A DNA stretch of 64,000 nucleotides from an uncultured Alphaproteobacteria bacterium (GTDB lineage: Bacteria > Pseudomonadota > Alphaproteobacteria > RF32 > CAG-239). Both the position numbers and the translations under genes were made by a program. Positions 1 to 11,224 of the stretch are shown one piece after another. The stretch is from NCBI GenBank assembly GCA_934271715.1, contig CAKQRZ010000006.1, positions 30,218-94,217 of the forward strand, in the 5' to 3' direction. The notes under the pieces were generated by a model. That model had not been told where the DNA came from, made no database searches, and was given only the letters and a program-made list of their open reading frames with translations. The first letter of the stretch is position 1, and each line of letters starts with the position of its first letter.

Positions 1-152
1 AAATGAAAGAGGCTTGTTCATCTTGTTCTAAAGCGGAGATTTGCTCTTTTACTTTAGAAATTTGACAAAATCGAGTTTTTATTATTGACAAATTTAGATT
101 TTATAATAGTATAAGCTTATCGTTTTTATTATTAACTTTAATTTTTATTATT

Positions 153-395
153 ATGGCTATATTTAGTGAATTTGAGTTAGAAAACCGCTTAAAAATGATA
201 ATAGAGCATCAACTGACGATGAGGGTAAAACCTGACAGCTCATTGTCTGCTTTTAATCTGAATGATGATGAGATGATTGATTTGTGCTTTGAACTGGAAG
301 ATTTAGGATTTGATTTTGAAGAAACGTATAGCTATTTTATGGCTAATGATAACAAAACAATTAGCGATTTAGCAAATTATTTGTTTTTGAAATAG
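153..395 (+). CDS. small acidic hypothetical protein, weakly acyl-carrier-protein-like
   Basis: 80 aa ORF followed by a hairpin terminator. The acidic helical sequence (DDEMIDLCFELEDLGFDF) resembles an ACP helix II region but has no Ser in the DSL position. Confidence 0.35.
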   Translation: MAIFSEFELENRLKMIIEHQLTMRVKPDSSLSAFNLNDDEMIDLCFELEDLGFDFEETYSYFMANDNKTISDLANYLFLK

Positions 396-416
396 AATTA
401 AACCATATTACACTAC

Positions 417-455
417 AAAAAACACTTTCAACTTTTAGGTTGAAAGTGTTTTTTG
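417..455. terminator. bidirectional rho-independent terminator
   Basis: Perfect 12-bp stem aacactttcaac / gttgaaagtgtt, flanked by an A-run and a T-run, between convergent ORFs. Confidence 0.7.
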
Positions 456-466
456 TTACCCTACTC

Positions 467-1288
467 TTAACGAATGTACCTATTATACCTTTTGTCATAA
501 AATATTGAATTTTTATTCCACCTGCGAGAATAGCAAGCAGGAATGTGAAACCAATGAACCTTAAGATACAAATCCAAGAGCGGTTTGTAATGCACAGTCA
601 AAACCATACTTAGCCGTGCATCTGCAGAAAATTCGTAGCGGTCAATATACTCCTTAAACAAGTCACGCCGTTTATGCATATGAACATATTCAATAAACTT
701 GTCTTCGGCCAAAGGATGAATAACTGTTACAATTTCAACACACCAACCCCTTTCTACATGTTTGTCATAAGTCCAATTACTTGTTTCGTCATAGAAAGGA
801 GCATGGGAATAGCAATTTTTCAATAAGTTAACAAACTCATCCTGAAAAATTTCTTCATCCTCAATCATAATATCCTTATCCAAATAGCCATAAGAACGCA
901 GCTGACGGGTTAACTCAGGCTTTTTGATAAGCAGATAATTTACAAAATCGCCGCGTGTTAAACCAAACAGCTCCGTCACGGCACGACCGCATAAGGACTG
1001 ATGCTGCACATAAGCGCTAATCAGCTCCACATCATGCGTCTGCACCAAAGCCATTTGCAAACTTAACGGCAATTTATAATTGACACAGTAAGAAGCAAAT
1101 ACTTTATGCAGGCGGTGTTCAATCATAAATTTTTCTGCTTTGTCCGAATCGGCATAATGAAAATCATACGTTCTCATATAACCGATTAAATCGTTGCAAA
1201 CATCATCCGAGATATCGGCAACCAGCAAATACTTCAGCAATTCTTCTTCGCTGAGTTTCTGAGTCGGAAATAATAACTTGTGATTCAT
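467..1288 (-). CDS. hypothetical protein
   Basis: 273 aa ORF, visibly AT-rich, with no motif I recognise. Confidence 0.55.
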   Translation of the reverse strand: MNHKLLFPTQKLSEEELLKYLLVADISDDVCNDLIGYMRTYDFHYADSDKAEKFMIEHRLHKVFASYCVNYKLPLSLQMALVQTHDVELISAYVQHQSLCGRAVTELFGLTRGDFVNYLLIKKPELTRQLRSYGYLDKDIMIEDEEIFQDEFVNLLKNCYSHAPFYDETSNWTYDKHVERGWCVEIVTVIHPLAEDKFIEYVHMHKRRDLFKEYIDRYEFSADARLSMVLTVHYKPLLDLYLKVHWFHIPACYSRRWNKNSIFYDKRYNRYIR

Positions 1289-1363
1289 ACTAATAAAATT
1301 AAATAATAAATTACTATGTTTTGCAGTATAGCAATTTATGTCTAAAAATCAAGCATTTTATAC

Positions 1364-1399
1364 AAAAAACTCTCAATCATGCGACTGAGAGTTTTTTTT
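1364..1399 (-). terminator. terminator downstream of rplL
   Basis: Hairpin ctctca...tgagag flanked by A and T runs, immediately after the rplL stop. Confidence 0.6.
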
Positions 1400-1420
1400 A
1401 AGCTTTAAGTAAAAGTCAAA

Positions 1421-1792
1421 TTACTTCAATTCAACTTTAGCACCAGCGGCTTCCAATTTAGCTTTGATAGCTTCAGCTTCTTCTTTAGAAGCGCCTTCTT
1501 TAACAGTTTTAGGAGCGCCGTCAACCAAATCTTTAGCTTCTTTCAAGCCCAAGTTTGTAATAGCGCGGATTTCTTTAATAACGTTAATTTTGTTAGCGCC
1601 TGCTTCAGCCAGAATTACATCAAATTCTGTCTTTTCTTCAGCAGCGGCAGCGCCTGCACCAGCAGCACCGGCAACAGCAACAGCGGCAGCAGCGGAAACG
1701 CCCCATTTTTCTTCTAACATTTTTGACAATTCAGCAGCTTCCATAACTGTCAGAGCTGATAATTCATCTACTAATTTGGCCAAATCTGCCAT
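1421..1792 (-). CDS. rplL: 50S ribosomal protein L7/L12
   Basis: Ala-rich hinge plus the C-terminal domain [33 protein letters not shown]. Confidence 0.97.
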   Translation of the reverse strand: MADLAKLVDELSALTVMEAAELSKMLEEKWGVSAAAAVAVAGAAGAGAAAAEEKTEFDVILAEAGANKINVIKEIRAITNLGLKEAKDLVDGAPKTVKEGASKEEAEAIKAKLEAAGAKVELK

Positions 1793-1962
1793 TTTTTTTC
1801 TCCAAATAAATTAAATTAAAATTTTCTAATTAAAAACCATTTACACATCTAAGCTTTTTTGTTTTAGGCTGAGTGCTGCGCCGCTAATTTTGAGCGAAGT
1901 GTACAACCTAGTACATAAGCGATAAATCAGCAAGCATGACTCGCATAAAACGGAAAAGAAAC

Positions 1963-2445
1963 TTAGGCGGCTTCTTTCTCGCTGTAAGCCTTTGTAACTC
2001 TTGCCAACTTGGCAGCAGGAGCTTGCAACAGACCAACCAATTTGGCGCGCAATTCGTCCATAGAAGGAATTGCAGCCAATTCTTTGATTTCATCTAAAGT
2101 CAGAGCTTTGTCAGACAAAGCACCGCCAACGATAACCAATTTTTCATTATTTTTTGCAAATTCAACACAAGCTTTGCAAGCGGCAATCGGGTCATTAGCA
2201 TAAGCCATGGCAACCGGACCTTTAAACAGGTCTGCCAAACCTTCAAATTTTGTATCTTTTACAGCAAGACGAGCAATACGGTTTTTAGTAACTCTTAAAG
2301 AGGCACCAGCATCGCGCACTTTGTTTCTCAATTCGTCAGCTTCAGCCACAGTCAAACCTAAGTATTCGGTGATTACAACTGATTCTGCGTTAGAGAATAC
2401 TTCATGCAGCATGTTGAGTAACTCTGTTTTTTCTTCGCGGTTCAC
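1963..2445 (-). CDS. rplJ: 50S ribosomal protein L10
   Basis: 160 aa with GTG start, L10-like sequence, and the position upstream of rplL. Confidence 0.93.
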   Translation of the reverse strand: MNREEKTELLNMLHEVFSNAESVVITEYLGLTVAEADELRNKVRDAGASLRVTKNRIARLAVKDTKFEGLADLFKGPVAMAYANDPIAACKACVEFAKNNEKLVIVGGALSDKALTLDEIKELAAIPSMDELRAKLVGLLQAPAAKLARVTKAYSEKEAA

Positions 2446-2449
2446 TTAT

Positions 2450-2760
2450 TGTCTCCATACGAAATTGTTAAATTCAGACCCAAAGGTCTAAACCGTTACC
2501 AAACCCACAATATTCCGAAATAAATCAGAACACTGCGGAACCCAAATCTGTCCAGGAGAAAAATTTAACTTTAAAACTCACTCCCGTCTATGTCGGATAT
2601 TTAAGGCCTCCGCGACACCGTCAGCTTTAGTTACAAGCAAAAAGCCTTCGGTGCAGAGATGCCGCCCACAGTCTTGGACAGTTTCAAGAGCCTCCGCTCT
2701 TGAAGAGTGGGGCAGAAAAAACTGCGCAGCAGCCTCCCTGCCCTAAACTGATTTGCCTTT
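2450..2760 (-). promoter_or_regulatory. probable ribosomal protein L10 leader (structured 5' UTR of rplJL)
   Basis: About 370 nt of non-coding, locally GC-rich, hairpin-dense sequence between rplA and rplJ. An L10 autoregulatory leader is known at this position in many bacteria. Not verified by a covariance model. Confidence 0.4.
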
Positions 2761-2814
2761 TAACAAACTTTTTATCAAAAAGCAAGTATTTTTTAATAAA
2801 TTATAACCAAACGA

Positions 2815-3498
2815 TTATAATTCAGCAGCGTTAACCTTTACGCCCACACCCATTGTAGAGCTGATAGAAATCTTTTTCAAATAAGTGCCTTTTAAGGTAG
2901 CAGGTTTAGCTTTAATGATTGTTTCAATGAACAATTTAGCGTTATCATAGATTTTGTCTTCAGAGAAAGACGCTTTAGCAACACCGGCGTGAACAATACC
3001 ATTTTTTTCTACACGATATTGAACTTCGCCAGCCTTAGCGTTTTTAACTGCTGTGGCAACATCTGCGGTAACTGTACCCAATTTAGGGTTCGGCATCAAG
3101 CCTTTAGGACCCAAAACGCGGGCAACGCGGCCGGCCATGCCCATCATATCAGGGGTGGCAATACATCTATCAAAGTCAATTTTACCGGCTAAGATAGAAT
3201 CTACCAAATTCTCGGCGCCGATAACATCTGCACCGGCAGCTTTAGCTTCATCAGCTTTTTCGCCCTGAGCAAATACGGCAACGCGGACGGTTTTGCCATT
3301 GCCGTGCGGCAGCTGGCAAACACCGCGGATCATCTGGTCTGCGTGTTTCGGATCTACACCTAAATTGATTGCTAAATCAATGGTTTCATCAAATTTTGCT
3401 TTTGCATTTTCCTTAACGATTTTAATAGCTTCTTTAAGGCTGTACTCTTGATTTTTATCCAGAGTCTTGTATGCATTTACTAATCTTTTTCCGCTCAT
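2815..3498 (-). CDS. rplA: 50S ribosomal protein L1
   Basis: L1-like sequence ([24 protein letters not shown]). The ATG at 3498 is preferred over the TTG at 3501. Confidence 0.95.
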   Translation of the reverse strand: MSGKRLVNAYKTLDKNQEYSLKEAIKIVKENAKAKFDETIDLAINLGVDPKHADQMIRGVCQLPHGNGKTVRVAVFAQGEKADEAKAAGADVIGAENLVDSILAGKIDFDRCIATPDMMGMAGRVARVLGPKGLMPNPKLGTVTADVATAVKNAKAGEVQYRVEKNGIVHAGVAKASFSEDKIYDNAKLFIETIIKAKPATLKGTYLKKISISSTMGVGVKVNAAEL

Positions 3499-3502
3499 CA
3501 AC

Positions 3503-3940
3503 TTACTCCGTAACCTTAATACCCATAGAAATGGCTTGACCTTTAACCATGTTCATAGCAGCTTCAACTGTAGGGCAGTTCAAGTCTGGCAATTTGGTGG
3601 TTGCAATTTCTTTTACCTGTTCCAAAGTAATTTGACCGGCAACAGTTTTGCCCGGTTCTTTAGAAGCGGACTGTACACCGGCAGCTTTCTTAATCAAATA
3701 AGAAACCGGAGGCAGTTTTGTGATGAATGTAAAGCTCTTATCCTCATAAGCGGTAATGATTACCGGCACAGGAACACCCGGTTCCATTTTTTGAGTTTTA
3801 GCGTTGAATGCTTTACAAAATTCCATAATATTCAGGCCTTTTTGACCCAAAGCTGGACCAACCGGCGGAGAAGGGTTAGCTTTTCCGGCAGGTATTTGCA
3901 GCTTGATAAGACCTAAAATTTTCTTTTTAGATTTAGCCAT
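3503..3940 (-). CDS. rplK: 50S ribosomal protein L11
   Basis: Contains [35 protein letters not shown], typical of L11. Confidence 0.97.
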   Translation of the reverse strand: MAKSKKKILGLIKLQIPAGKANPSPPVGPALGQKGLNIMEFCKAFNAKTQKMEPGVPVPVIITAYEDKSFTFITKLPPVSYLIKKAAGVQSASKEPGKTVAGQITLEQVKEIATTKLPDLNCPTVEAAMNMVKGQAISMGIKVTE

Positions 3941-4169
3941 TATAATACCTCATTGTAGGTTAGTGGTAAAGACCAATGGCTGGTCTCCCACATTGTTAAA
4001 CATATTCAGCTAAAGATATAAATATCCCTAACTGCCTGTTTTGTATATCACAATATTTGCAAAATGCAAGTTATATTTTTCTATAATATAATAAAATTGC
4101 AAATATTAACCTTTTATTTTCTTTTAGAGTCTATGCTAAAAGCAATATTCAAATTCAGAGGGCAAAATA

Positions 4170-5414
4170 GTGAAAAAAATTGCGTTTTTATGTGTTTTAG
4201 TTTTGGCTGTGCTGCGGGCGGCTGCAGCAAGCGCGTCGGTTTCTTCTATTATGATTGACGCGGAAAACGGCGATGTAATGTATGAAATGAATGCCGATGA
4301 GCGCCGCTATCCGGCTTCTTTAACCAAGCTCATGACTTTATACATTACTTTCAACGCATTGGAAAACAACCACATTAAACTGACAGATAAATTGAAAGTT
4401 TCACGCACCGCCGCAGGACGCTCGCCGTCTAAATTGGGTGTGCGCGCCGGAGAAACCATTACCGTAAAAGATGCGATTATGGCGGTAATCGTAAAATCTG
4501 CCAATGACTGCGCCACCGTTTTGGCTGAACACTTTGCCCCGACCGAAGCCGATTTTGCCGTTTTGATGACTAACACCGCTCATAAACTTGGCATGAGCCA
4601 CACCACATTCAAAAATGCTTCCGGACTGCCGAATACGCAGCAAAAGACTACCGCCCGCGATATGGCGGTTTTGGCAATGGCCGTATATCACCACTTTCCG
4701 CAATACTATAAATGGTTTTCCGCCAAAAGCTTTCAATATAAAGGACGTACCATCGGCGGACACAACTATATTTTGAAAACATTTGCCGGCGCCGACGGTA
4801 TGAAAACCGGATATACCGCCGCTTCCGGATATAACATCATCACTTCGGCCAAACGCTCAGGAAAACGCGTTATCGCCGTAACCATGGGACATAACAGCGT
4901 GGGCGAGCGCGATAAAAAAGTTTCACGCATGATGGACAAGGGATTGACCCACATGCAAAAAGGCGAGATTAACGTTGCTATGCTGACAAATGAAATCAAC
5001 GGCAAAGCTTCAGCTGCACCTAAAGCAACCCGCTTGGCTTCTGTACAGAAGAAAACTCCGGCAAAAACTCAGGCTGTGCGTCTGGCAAAAGCTCAAAGCA
5101 AACCGGCGACGAAAGCAACAAAAATTGCCTCCGCTTCGTCTAACGGGCGCTACGCCGTGCAAGTCGGCTCTTTTTCTGACTATCAGCGCGCCCGCAACTA
5201 TGCTTTGACCGTCAAGAATAAATTGGCTAAAAAATATGCCGTGCATGATATTAAAGTAGAAAAAGTTCAGGCTGAGAGCAAAACCGTCTACCGTTCTAAA
5301 GTCATCGGCTTGGCTAAAAATGACGCCAACACTATTTGCCGCAATATGAAGCGCAGCAATCAAGCTTGTCTGGTTACCGCCGACAGCGGCGCATTAAAAA
5401 TGGCTCAGCGCTGA
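4170..5414 (+). CDS. D-alanyl-D-alanine carboxypeptidase (S11 PBP5/6 type) with C-terminal SPOR domain
   Basis: Signal peptide, then the SLTK (SxxK), SAN (SxN) and KTG motifs. The C-terminal YAVQVGSFSDYQRARNYA segment looks like a SPOR domain. Confidence 0.88.
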   Translation: MKKIAFLCVLVLAVLRAAAASASVSSIMIDAENGDVMYEMNADERRYPASLTKLMTLYITFNALENNHIKLTDKLKVSRTAAGRSPSKLGVRAGETITVKDAIMAVIVKSANDCATVLAEHFAPTEADFAVLMTNTAHKLGMSHTTFKNASGLPNTQQKTTARDMAVLAMAVYHHFPQYYKWFSAKSFQYKGRTIGGHNYILKTFAGADGMKTGYTAASGYNIITSAKRSGKRVIAVTMGHNSVGERDKKVSRMMDKGLTHMQKGEINVAMLTNEINGKASAAPKATRLASVQKKTPAKTQAVRLAKAQSKPATKATKIASASSNGRYAVQVGSFSDYQRARNYALTVKNKLAKKYAVHDIKVEKVQAESKTVYRSKVIGLAKNDANTICRNMKRSNQACLVTADSGALKMAQR

Positions 5415-6085
5415 TGCCGGTTCCTCTTATTGCCATAAGCAGTCCTAAGGCTGGCGCCGGTAAAACTACGCTGGCCTTTAATCTTGCCACAGCATTGCTG
5501 CGCGACGGCTATAAAGTCGGCGTATATTCGCAAAATACGGCAGATTTTTTGCAAAAGCGCAAAGAATTAAGTAAAAACAATCCTACCCTGAAAATGCTGA
5601 GAAATATCAGCAAAGAAAATTTATTTACTGATGTTTACGGGGACTGCAGCGCTGTCATCACTGATGTACCGACCGAACAGAATTCTGAGTTTTTGCCGGT
5701 TTTCTCCAAGGCTCATACCTTAATTACCTTAGTGCAAAACGAAAATGACATAAAATGGCAGCCCTCGGATGCGTATTTGAATTTAATATGGAATGTCAAA
5801 AAGCATCAGGCTGCCGCCGGTATAAAATGTCTGAACTGGGTGGTAATAGAAAATAAAGCCGCGGCAGAAAACGACAGCTTAAGCATATTGCTGCAGCAGC
5901 AGTCGCGCCGTTTCGGCTTCCGAACCGCCGCCGCATTGCAAAACCGCGAATCTTACCGGCATATCAAAGACGGCTACGGTGCGGCGGATTTAATCAACTC
6001 AAAAGCCCTTAACATGTCTATGGCCGATGTTTATGCCCGCCGCGAACTGCTGGTTTTAGCCGATTTCATCTGGCAGCATAAATAA
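5414..6085 (+). CDS. ParA/MinD-like P-loop ATPase
   Basis: Deviant Walker A motif SPKAGAGKTTLAFNLA. The start was moved to the ATG overlapping the upstream stop (TGATG). Confidence 0.6.
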   Translation: MPVPLIAISSPKAGAGKTTLAFNLATALLRDGYKVGVYSQNTADFLQKRKELSKNNPTLKMLRNISKENLFTDVYGDCSAVITDVPTEQNSEFLPVFSKAHTLITLVQNENDIKWQPSDAYLNLIWNVKKHQAAAGIKCLNWVVIENKAAAENDSLSILLQQQSRRFGFRTAAALQNRESYRHIKDGYGAADLINSKALNMSMADVYARRELLVLADFIWQHK

Positions 6086-6179
6086 ATGTGTTTAGCTTAT
6101 TAAAAATACTTTACCTAGTCTTTCTTTTAATGATACATATATATAAAACAGTTTTAATTATTAGAGAAAGGGTTTTTAT

Positions 6180-7799
6180 ATGCTTAAAGTTATTAAAACA
6201 ACAGCCTATAATGATATGAAAATGGGAACAGCAGGTTTGCGCAAAAAATCAAAAGTCGTCCTGCAGGAAAACTATTTGGAAAACTTTGTGCAGAGCGTTT
6301 TCAACGCTATCGGCGGAGTTGAGGGCTTAACCTTTATTTTGGGCGGCGACGGACGCTATTATAATAAAATTGCCATTCAAAAAATTATGAAAATGGCAGC
6401 TGCCAACGGTATGAAAAAAATGATTGTCGGTCAAAACGGCTTTATATCCACTCCGGCTTCTTCGCATGTTTTGCTGATGAATAAGGCTGACGGCGGCTTT
6501 GTGCTGTCGGCTTCGCACAACCCGGGGGGAATCAACGGCGATTTCGGCATTAAATATGCGGTTGCTTCCGGCGGTCAATGCCCGACGGCTATAAGCGATA
6601 AAATCTATGAGATTTCTAAAACTATCAGCGAATATAAAACTTTGGACGAACCTGATGTTGATTTAAGCAAATTAGGCACGCAGAAACTCGGCAATATGGA
6701 AATTGAAGTTATTGATCCGGTCAAAGATTATGTTGAAATGATGGAAAATATTTTTGATTTTGCCGCTATTAAAAAACTGTTCGCCAACGGGTTTACCATG
6801 GTGTTTGACGCTATGAACGCCGTAACCGGTCCTTATGCCCGCAAGATTTTTGAAGAAATTTTAGGCGCTAAGCCGGGTTCGGTTTTGAACTATGTGCCTT
6901 TGGAAGATTTCGGCGGCCTGCATCCTGACCCGAATTTGATTTATGCCAAAACTCTGGTTGATTTAATGTATTCGGATAAAGCTCCGGATTTCGGCGCTGC
7001 CAATGACGGCGACGGCGACCGCAATATGATTTTGGGCAAAAAATTCTTTGTTACGCCAAGCGACAGTTTAGCCATTCTGACAGATAACTATAAGCTGATT
7101 CCGGCTTATAAAAACGGTATTTACGGCGTTGCTAAATCCGCTGCCACTTCCACGGCTGTAGGACGCGTGGCTGAGGCGCTGAATATCGGCTACTATGAAG
7201 TTCCGACCGGCTGGAAATATTTCTGCAACCTGATGGACAGCAAGCGCATTACCTTTTGCGGCGAAGAAAGTTTCGGCACCGGCTCCAGCCACATCCGCGA
7301 AAAAGACGGAATCTGGGCGGTTCTGTTTTGGCTGAGCATTATTGCCGCAACCGGAAAATCCGTACATGAAATCACGGAAGAGCATTGGAAAAAGTACGGC
7401 CGCAGCTATTATATGCGCAATGACTATGAAGCTCTGGATACTGAAGCCGCTAACAAGCTTATGGCTGATTTAGAAAGCCGTCTGCCGGATTTAGCCGGTA
7501 AAACTTTCGGCGCTTACACCGTTTCTGAGGCTAAGCCGTTTATTTATAACGACCCTGTTGACGGCAGCTCTACTAAAAACGGCTTAATCGTATACTTTAC
7601 CGACAAATCGCGCATTGTCTACCGCTTATCCGGCACCGGCACCAACGGCGCAACCCTGCGTGTTTATCTGGAGCGCTACGAAACCAAAGATTTGAATGAG
7701 AATGTAGAGCAGATGCTGGAAAGTCTGGCTGATGTTTCCCGTCAAATCGGAGAAATTACTGAGCGCACCGGAAAAGCCAAAGCCGATGTTTTAACCTAA
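6180..7799 (+). CDS. pgm: phosphoglucomutase (alpha-D-glucose phosphate specific)
   Basis: 539 aa with the active-site SASHNPGG motif and the GDGDRN metal loop. Confidence 0.9.
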   Translation: MLKVIKTTAYNDMKMGTAGLRKKSKVVLQENYLENFVQSVFNAIGGVEGLTFILGGDGRYYNKIAIQKIMKMAAANGMKKMIVGQNGFISTPASSHVLLMNKADGGFVLSASHNPGGINGDFGIKYAVASGGQCPTAISDKIYEISKTISEYKTLDEPDVDLSKLGTQKLGNMEIEVIDPVKDYVEMMENIFDFAAIKKLFANGFTMVFDAMNAVTGPYARKIFEEILGAKPGSVLNYVPLEDFGGLHPDPNLIYAKTLVDLMYSDKAPDFGAANDGDGDRNMILGKKFFVTPSDSLAILTDNYKLIPAYKNGIYGVAKSAATSTAVGRVAEALNIGYYEVPTGWKYFCNLMDSKRITFCGEESFGTGSSHIREKDGIWAVLFWLSIIAATGKSVHEITEEHWKKYGRSYYMRNDYEALDTEAANKLMADLESRLPDLAGKTFGAYTVSEAKPFIYNDPVDGSSTKNGLIVYFTDKSRIVYRLSGTGTNGATLRVYLERYETKDLNENVEQMLESLADVSRQIGEITERTGKAKADVLT

Positions 7800-7815
7800 A
7801 AAAAGACAAACGCAA

Positions 7816-10455
7816 ATGCTTAAAGATATAAACAGACAGCGTCCGGACAGACAACTGGAAAGAAACTTAGTCTTTCTGGCCTATGCGATTATGTTTATGT
7901 CTTTAAGCTTGTTTGCGCTGTTTTTATATCCGCAATACACTTTTTATATTATTATATCTATTGTAGTGTGGAATATTTTGTGCATTTTGGTAACTATCCG
8001 CATTTTGAAAGTCAGCGAAAATGCTATCGGGTTCGGCACCTTGGCGGCAGAAATTCTGAATGATAAAAAGAAGTATCACCGCATAGACAATGCCGCCGGC
8101 GTTCCGATATTGGCAAACCGCGCGGCTTTAGAGTATTTTAAAGGCGAATCGGTTCTGGACTTTTTAGAACATAATATTATAGACTCTTCCGCCAATAAAC
8201 TGGACCTGCAAAAGCTTATATCCGCCGTCAACAAATTGCAGGAAACCACGGTGCATTTATCCATAAATCCCAACAAAAACAGCGTGTTTGTGGCCGAAGA
8301 ATGGCTGCGGGTCAGCGTTAAGCCGATTTATCTGAACAAGGCCGATATATTTGAAGATGAGTTTTCCCTAAAGAAAATCCGCAAAGAAACTTATATTTTT
8401 TGGACGGTTGAAAATATCACTTCATATAAAAATATGGAGCAGGTTTATCAAGACGAGATGTCGTCGCTGCATAATTTTTTGGATTTTCTGCCGGTCGGGC
8501 TATACACTTGCAGCAGCAGCGGCAAAATTGAATATATCAACAACACTTTGGCCGACTATTTAGATACGGATAAGAATGAAGCTGCCGGCAAGCCTCTGGA
8601 TGACTTTATTGCCTATAAGCCGGAGCAGCTGCATGACAGTTCCGGCGCATTCAACGGCAATATCATTTTCAAAACCGGACAAGGCAGCGCAGAAGCTTTT
8701 GTACGCCAGCAAAACGTGCGTGAAAATTCCGAAATCAAAACCCGCGGCGTGGTTATTTGGAATCTGCCTAACGACGAATCCGTAAAACAGCAGCTTAATG
8801 CGGTTACCGATAAGTTTGAATGGCTGTTCAACACCGCACCTATCGGCATTATTTTTGCCGACAAGCACCAAAAAATCTTGGAGGTAAACAATCATATTTC
8901 TGAGATTTTTGAAAAAACGGCTGCCGATATCATGCGGAAAAAAGTCAGCGAATATTTTGACGGTGAAAGCAAAAATAAAATTAAGGATATTCTTAAGGAA
9001 TATGCCAAAAACAACTCCGAAGAATATGACTTTGAAACAGTTCTGACTTTTACGCATGAAGAGAAAAATGTGCAGATTCACATCAGCCCGATGACTATGC
9101 ACTATACCGATTTATCCGGCGAGATAAGCGGATTTATTATGTATATCACCGACACCACCAACAAGCGCAACTTGGAAATGCAGGTGGCTCAGGCGCAGAA
9201 AATGCAGGCTTTCGGACAGCTGGCCGGAGGCGTGGCTCATGACTTTAACAACCTGCTGACCGCAGTTATCGGCTACTGCGATTTACTGATTCAGCGCCAC
9301 GGCGTCGGCGACCCGTCATTTTCGGATTTGGTGCAGCTGAAGCAAAACGCCAACCGCGCCGCCGGAGTAGCCCGCCAGCTTCTGGCTATCTCCCGCAAAC
9401 AGCCGCTGAATCCAAAACTGATAGATGTTACTGAGGCCTTTACGGAAATAGACCACCTCTTGTCACGGCTTATCGGCGAGCAGATACATTTTCAAATCAG
9501 CTACGGCGCCGACTTGGGCTATATCAGAGTAGACCCTGTGCAGTTTTCGCAGGTTATGATAAATTTGGTTATCAACGCCAAAGACGCCATGAACGGCAAA
9601 GGAACTCTGACTATTTCCACCCGCGGCGAGCGCCTGAACGAGCCGTATCACTTCGGCACGGATGTCATTAAACCCAGAGACTTTGTGGTTATCAGCGTGA
9701 CCGACACCGGCTGCGGCATTCCGCCGGAAAATATCAACCGCATTTTTGAGCCGTTTTTCTCCACCAAAAAGAATGTAGTCGGCTCCGGAACCGGCCTGGG
9801 TTTGGCTATGGTTTACGGTATTGTGCGCCAAACCGAAGGCTTTATAAAAGTTCACAGCGAACTCGGCAAAGGCACGACTTTTGAAATTTATCTGCCGGCC
9901 TATGAAAGCGACAAAGAAGAACCGGCGGCAGAAACTCCGCAAGAAGAAATTATCCGCGATAAAGACGGCAATGCCGCTTTAGAGACTTTTTCCGGCAGCG
10001 CCGTAAACATGGGGCAGAATCAGAAAATGATTTTAGGACTGAATGTTTCTGCCTTTGACAGCCAGCGCCGCCTCGCCGTAAACTCCGGCGAAATCCGCAT
10101 TTTGTTTGTAGAAGACGAAGACGCCGTGCGTACGGTCGGCGCCCGCGGGCTAAAGCAAAAAGGTTTTGACGTGGTGGACTGCATTTCAGCAGAAAATGCG
10201 CTGGAGCATATTGAAAACGGCGAAAAATTTGATATGATGATTACAGATATGATGATGCCGGGACTGAGCGGCGCTGAGTTGGCAAAAATTGTCCATGAAA
10301 AATATCCGCATATGCTGATTATTTTGGCCTCCGGATATTCGGAAGAAATTGCCCGCAAAGAGCTGGCCGGTTCATCGGATTTTTACTTTTTAAGCAAGCC
10401 GTACAGTTTGGGCGACCTGCATAAAAAAGTACAAGAAGTGTTGGCGGAAAAATGA
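7816..10455 (+). CDS. cckA: hybrid sensor histidine kinase/response regulator, CckA-like
   Basis: N-terminal TM helices, PAS-like regions, H-box GGVAHDFNNLLTAVIGY, HATPase G-boxes, and a C-terminal receiver domain (ILFVEDEDAVR...DMMMPG). Confidence 0.7.
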   Translation: MLKDINRQRPDRQLERNLVFLAYAIMFMSLSLFALFLYPQYTFYIIISIVVWNILCILVTIRILKVSENAIGFGTLAAEILNDKKKYHRIDNAAGVPILANRAALEYFKGESVLDFLEHNIIDSSANKLDLQKLISAVNKLQETTVHLSINPNKNSVFVAEEWLRVSVKPIYLNKADIFEDEFSLKKIRKETYIFWTVENITSYKNMEQVYQDEMSSLHNFLDFLPVGLYTCSSSGKIEYINNTLADYLDTDKNEAAGKPLDDFIAYKPEQLHDSSGAFNGNIIFKTGQGSAEAFVRQQNVRENSEIKTRGVVIWNLPNDESVKQQLNAVTDKFEWLFNTAPIGIIFADKHQKILEVNNHISEIFEKTAADIMRKKVSEYFDGESKNKIKDILKEYAKNNSEEYDFETVLTFTHEEKNVQIHISPMTMHYTDLSGEISGFIMYITDTTNKRNLEMQVAQAQKMQAFGQLAGGVAHDFNNLLTAVIGYCDLLIQRHGVGDPSFSDLVQLKQNANRAAGVARQLLAISRKQPLNPKLIDVTEAFTEIDHLLSRLIGEQIHFQISYGADLGYIRVDPVQFSQVMINLVINAKDAMNGKGTLTISTRGERLNEPYHFGTDVIKPRDFVVISVTDTGCGIPPENINRIFEPFFSTKKNVVGSGTGLGLAMVYGIVRQTEGFIKVHSELGKGTTFEIYLPAYESDKEEPAAETPQEEIIRDKDGNAALETFSGSAVNMGQNQKMILGLNVSAFDSQRRLAVNSGEIRILFVEDEDAVRTVGARGLKQKGFDVVDCISAENALEHIENGEKFDMMITDMMMPGLSGAELAKIVHEKYPHMLIILASGYSEEIARKELAGSSDFYFLSKPYSLGDLHKKVQEVLAEK

Positions 10456-11210
10456 CTATGGCAGAAGAAGACGACGAAGAACTGAAACAAATACCGTTTG
10501 ACTTTATACCTCATACCTATATGGGGCGTGAAGATTTTATGGTGGCGCCGTGTAACCGCGAGGCTTTTAACATGGTGGATGCTTGGCCGGAATGGCTGGC
10601 GCACGGACTGATAATTTATGGTCCCAAGGGCTGCGGAAAATCCCATTTAGCACATTTATTTGCCGATAAAGTCAAGGCTTTTTCAGACAAGCCGATAAAG
10701 GTTTCGCTGATAGACGCAGCGCGGATAAACCTGCGCAATGTCAACAAAATCGCGACGGAAAATCAAAGCATTGTTATTGAAAATCTAACCCCGAAAGCCA
10801 ACATGGAAGCGCTGTTTCATTTGTTTAACCTTTACAACAGCGAGGGGCGCTACATGCTTTGGACTGCCGAAACCGCACCGAGCCACATGGCTTTTGCGCT
10901 GAAAGATCTGCAGTCGCGGCTCAATATGCTGCCGAGCGTAGAAATTAAAGAACCGGACGATATTATGCTGCAGACGCTGATTGTTAAGCTTTTTAACGAC
11001 CGGCAGATTTTAATCAGTCCGGAAATTTTGAACTTTATTGTTACTACGGCACCGCGTTCGTTTGAATATATCGGAAAATTGGTTGAGGAATGCGACAATA
11101 TTTCTTTGGCTTATCAATGCGCGGTCAACTATAATGTAGTAAAAAAAGCAATGGAACTATTGGCACAAAACGAAAGCCGTCAGCCGGATTTGTTTGACGG
11201 ATTATTTTAA
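10452..11210 (+). CDS. hdaA: DnaA-related regulatory inactivator, HdaA-like
   Basis: Walker A motif GPKGCGKSHL, an N-terminal QIPFDF clamp-binding-like motif, about 250 aa, with ATGA overlap onto the upstream gene. Confidence 0.65.
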   Translation: MTMAEEDDEELKQIPFDFIPHTYMGREDFMVAPCNREAFNMVDAWPEWLAHGLIIYGPKGCGKSHLAHLFADKVKAFSDKPIKVSLIDAARINLRNVNKIATENQSIVIENLTPKANMEALFHLFNLYNSEGRYMLWTAETAPSHMAFALKDLQSRLNMLPSVEIKEPDDIMLQTLIVKLFNDRQILISPEILNFIVTTAPRSFEYIGKLVEECDNISLAYQCAVNYNVVKKAMELLAQNESRQPDLFDGLF

Positions 11211-11224
11211 CAAAGGAGAAAAAC

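Noticed and set aside
1464-1814. 116-aa + strand ORF antisense to rplL. Similar shadow ORFs include 2009-2491 on rplJ, 2989-3916 on rplA/rplK, 13304-14228 on groEL, 14812-15177 on groES and 36560-37219 on efp.
   Set aside because: They lie entirely opposite highly conserved genes and have low-complexity, Ala/Ser-rich or otherwise odd composition. They are typical antisense frame artefacts.
5336-5413. N-terminal 26-codon extension of the ParA-like ORF.
   Set aside because: It lies inside the 3' end of the carboxypeptidase gene. The ATG at 5414 overlaps the upstream stop (TGATG) and starts right before the Walker A region.
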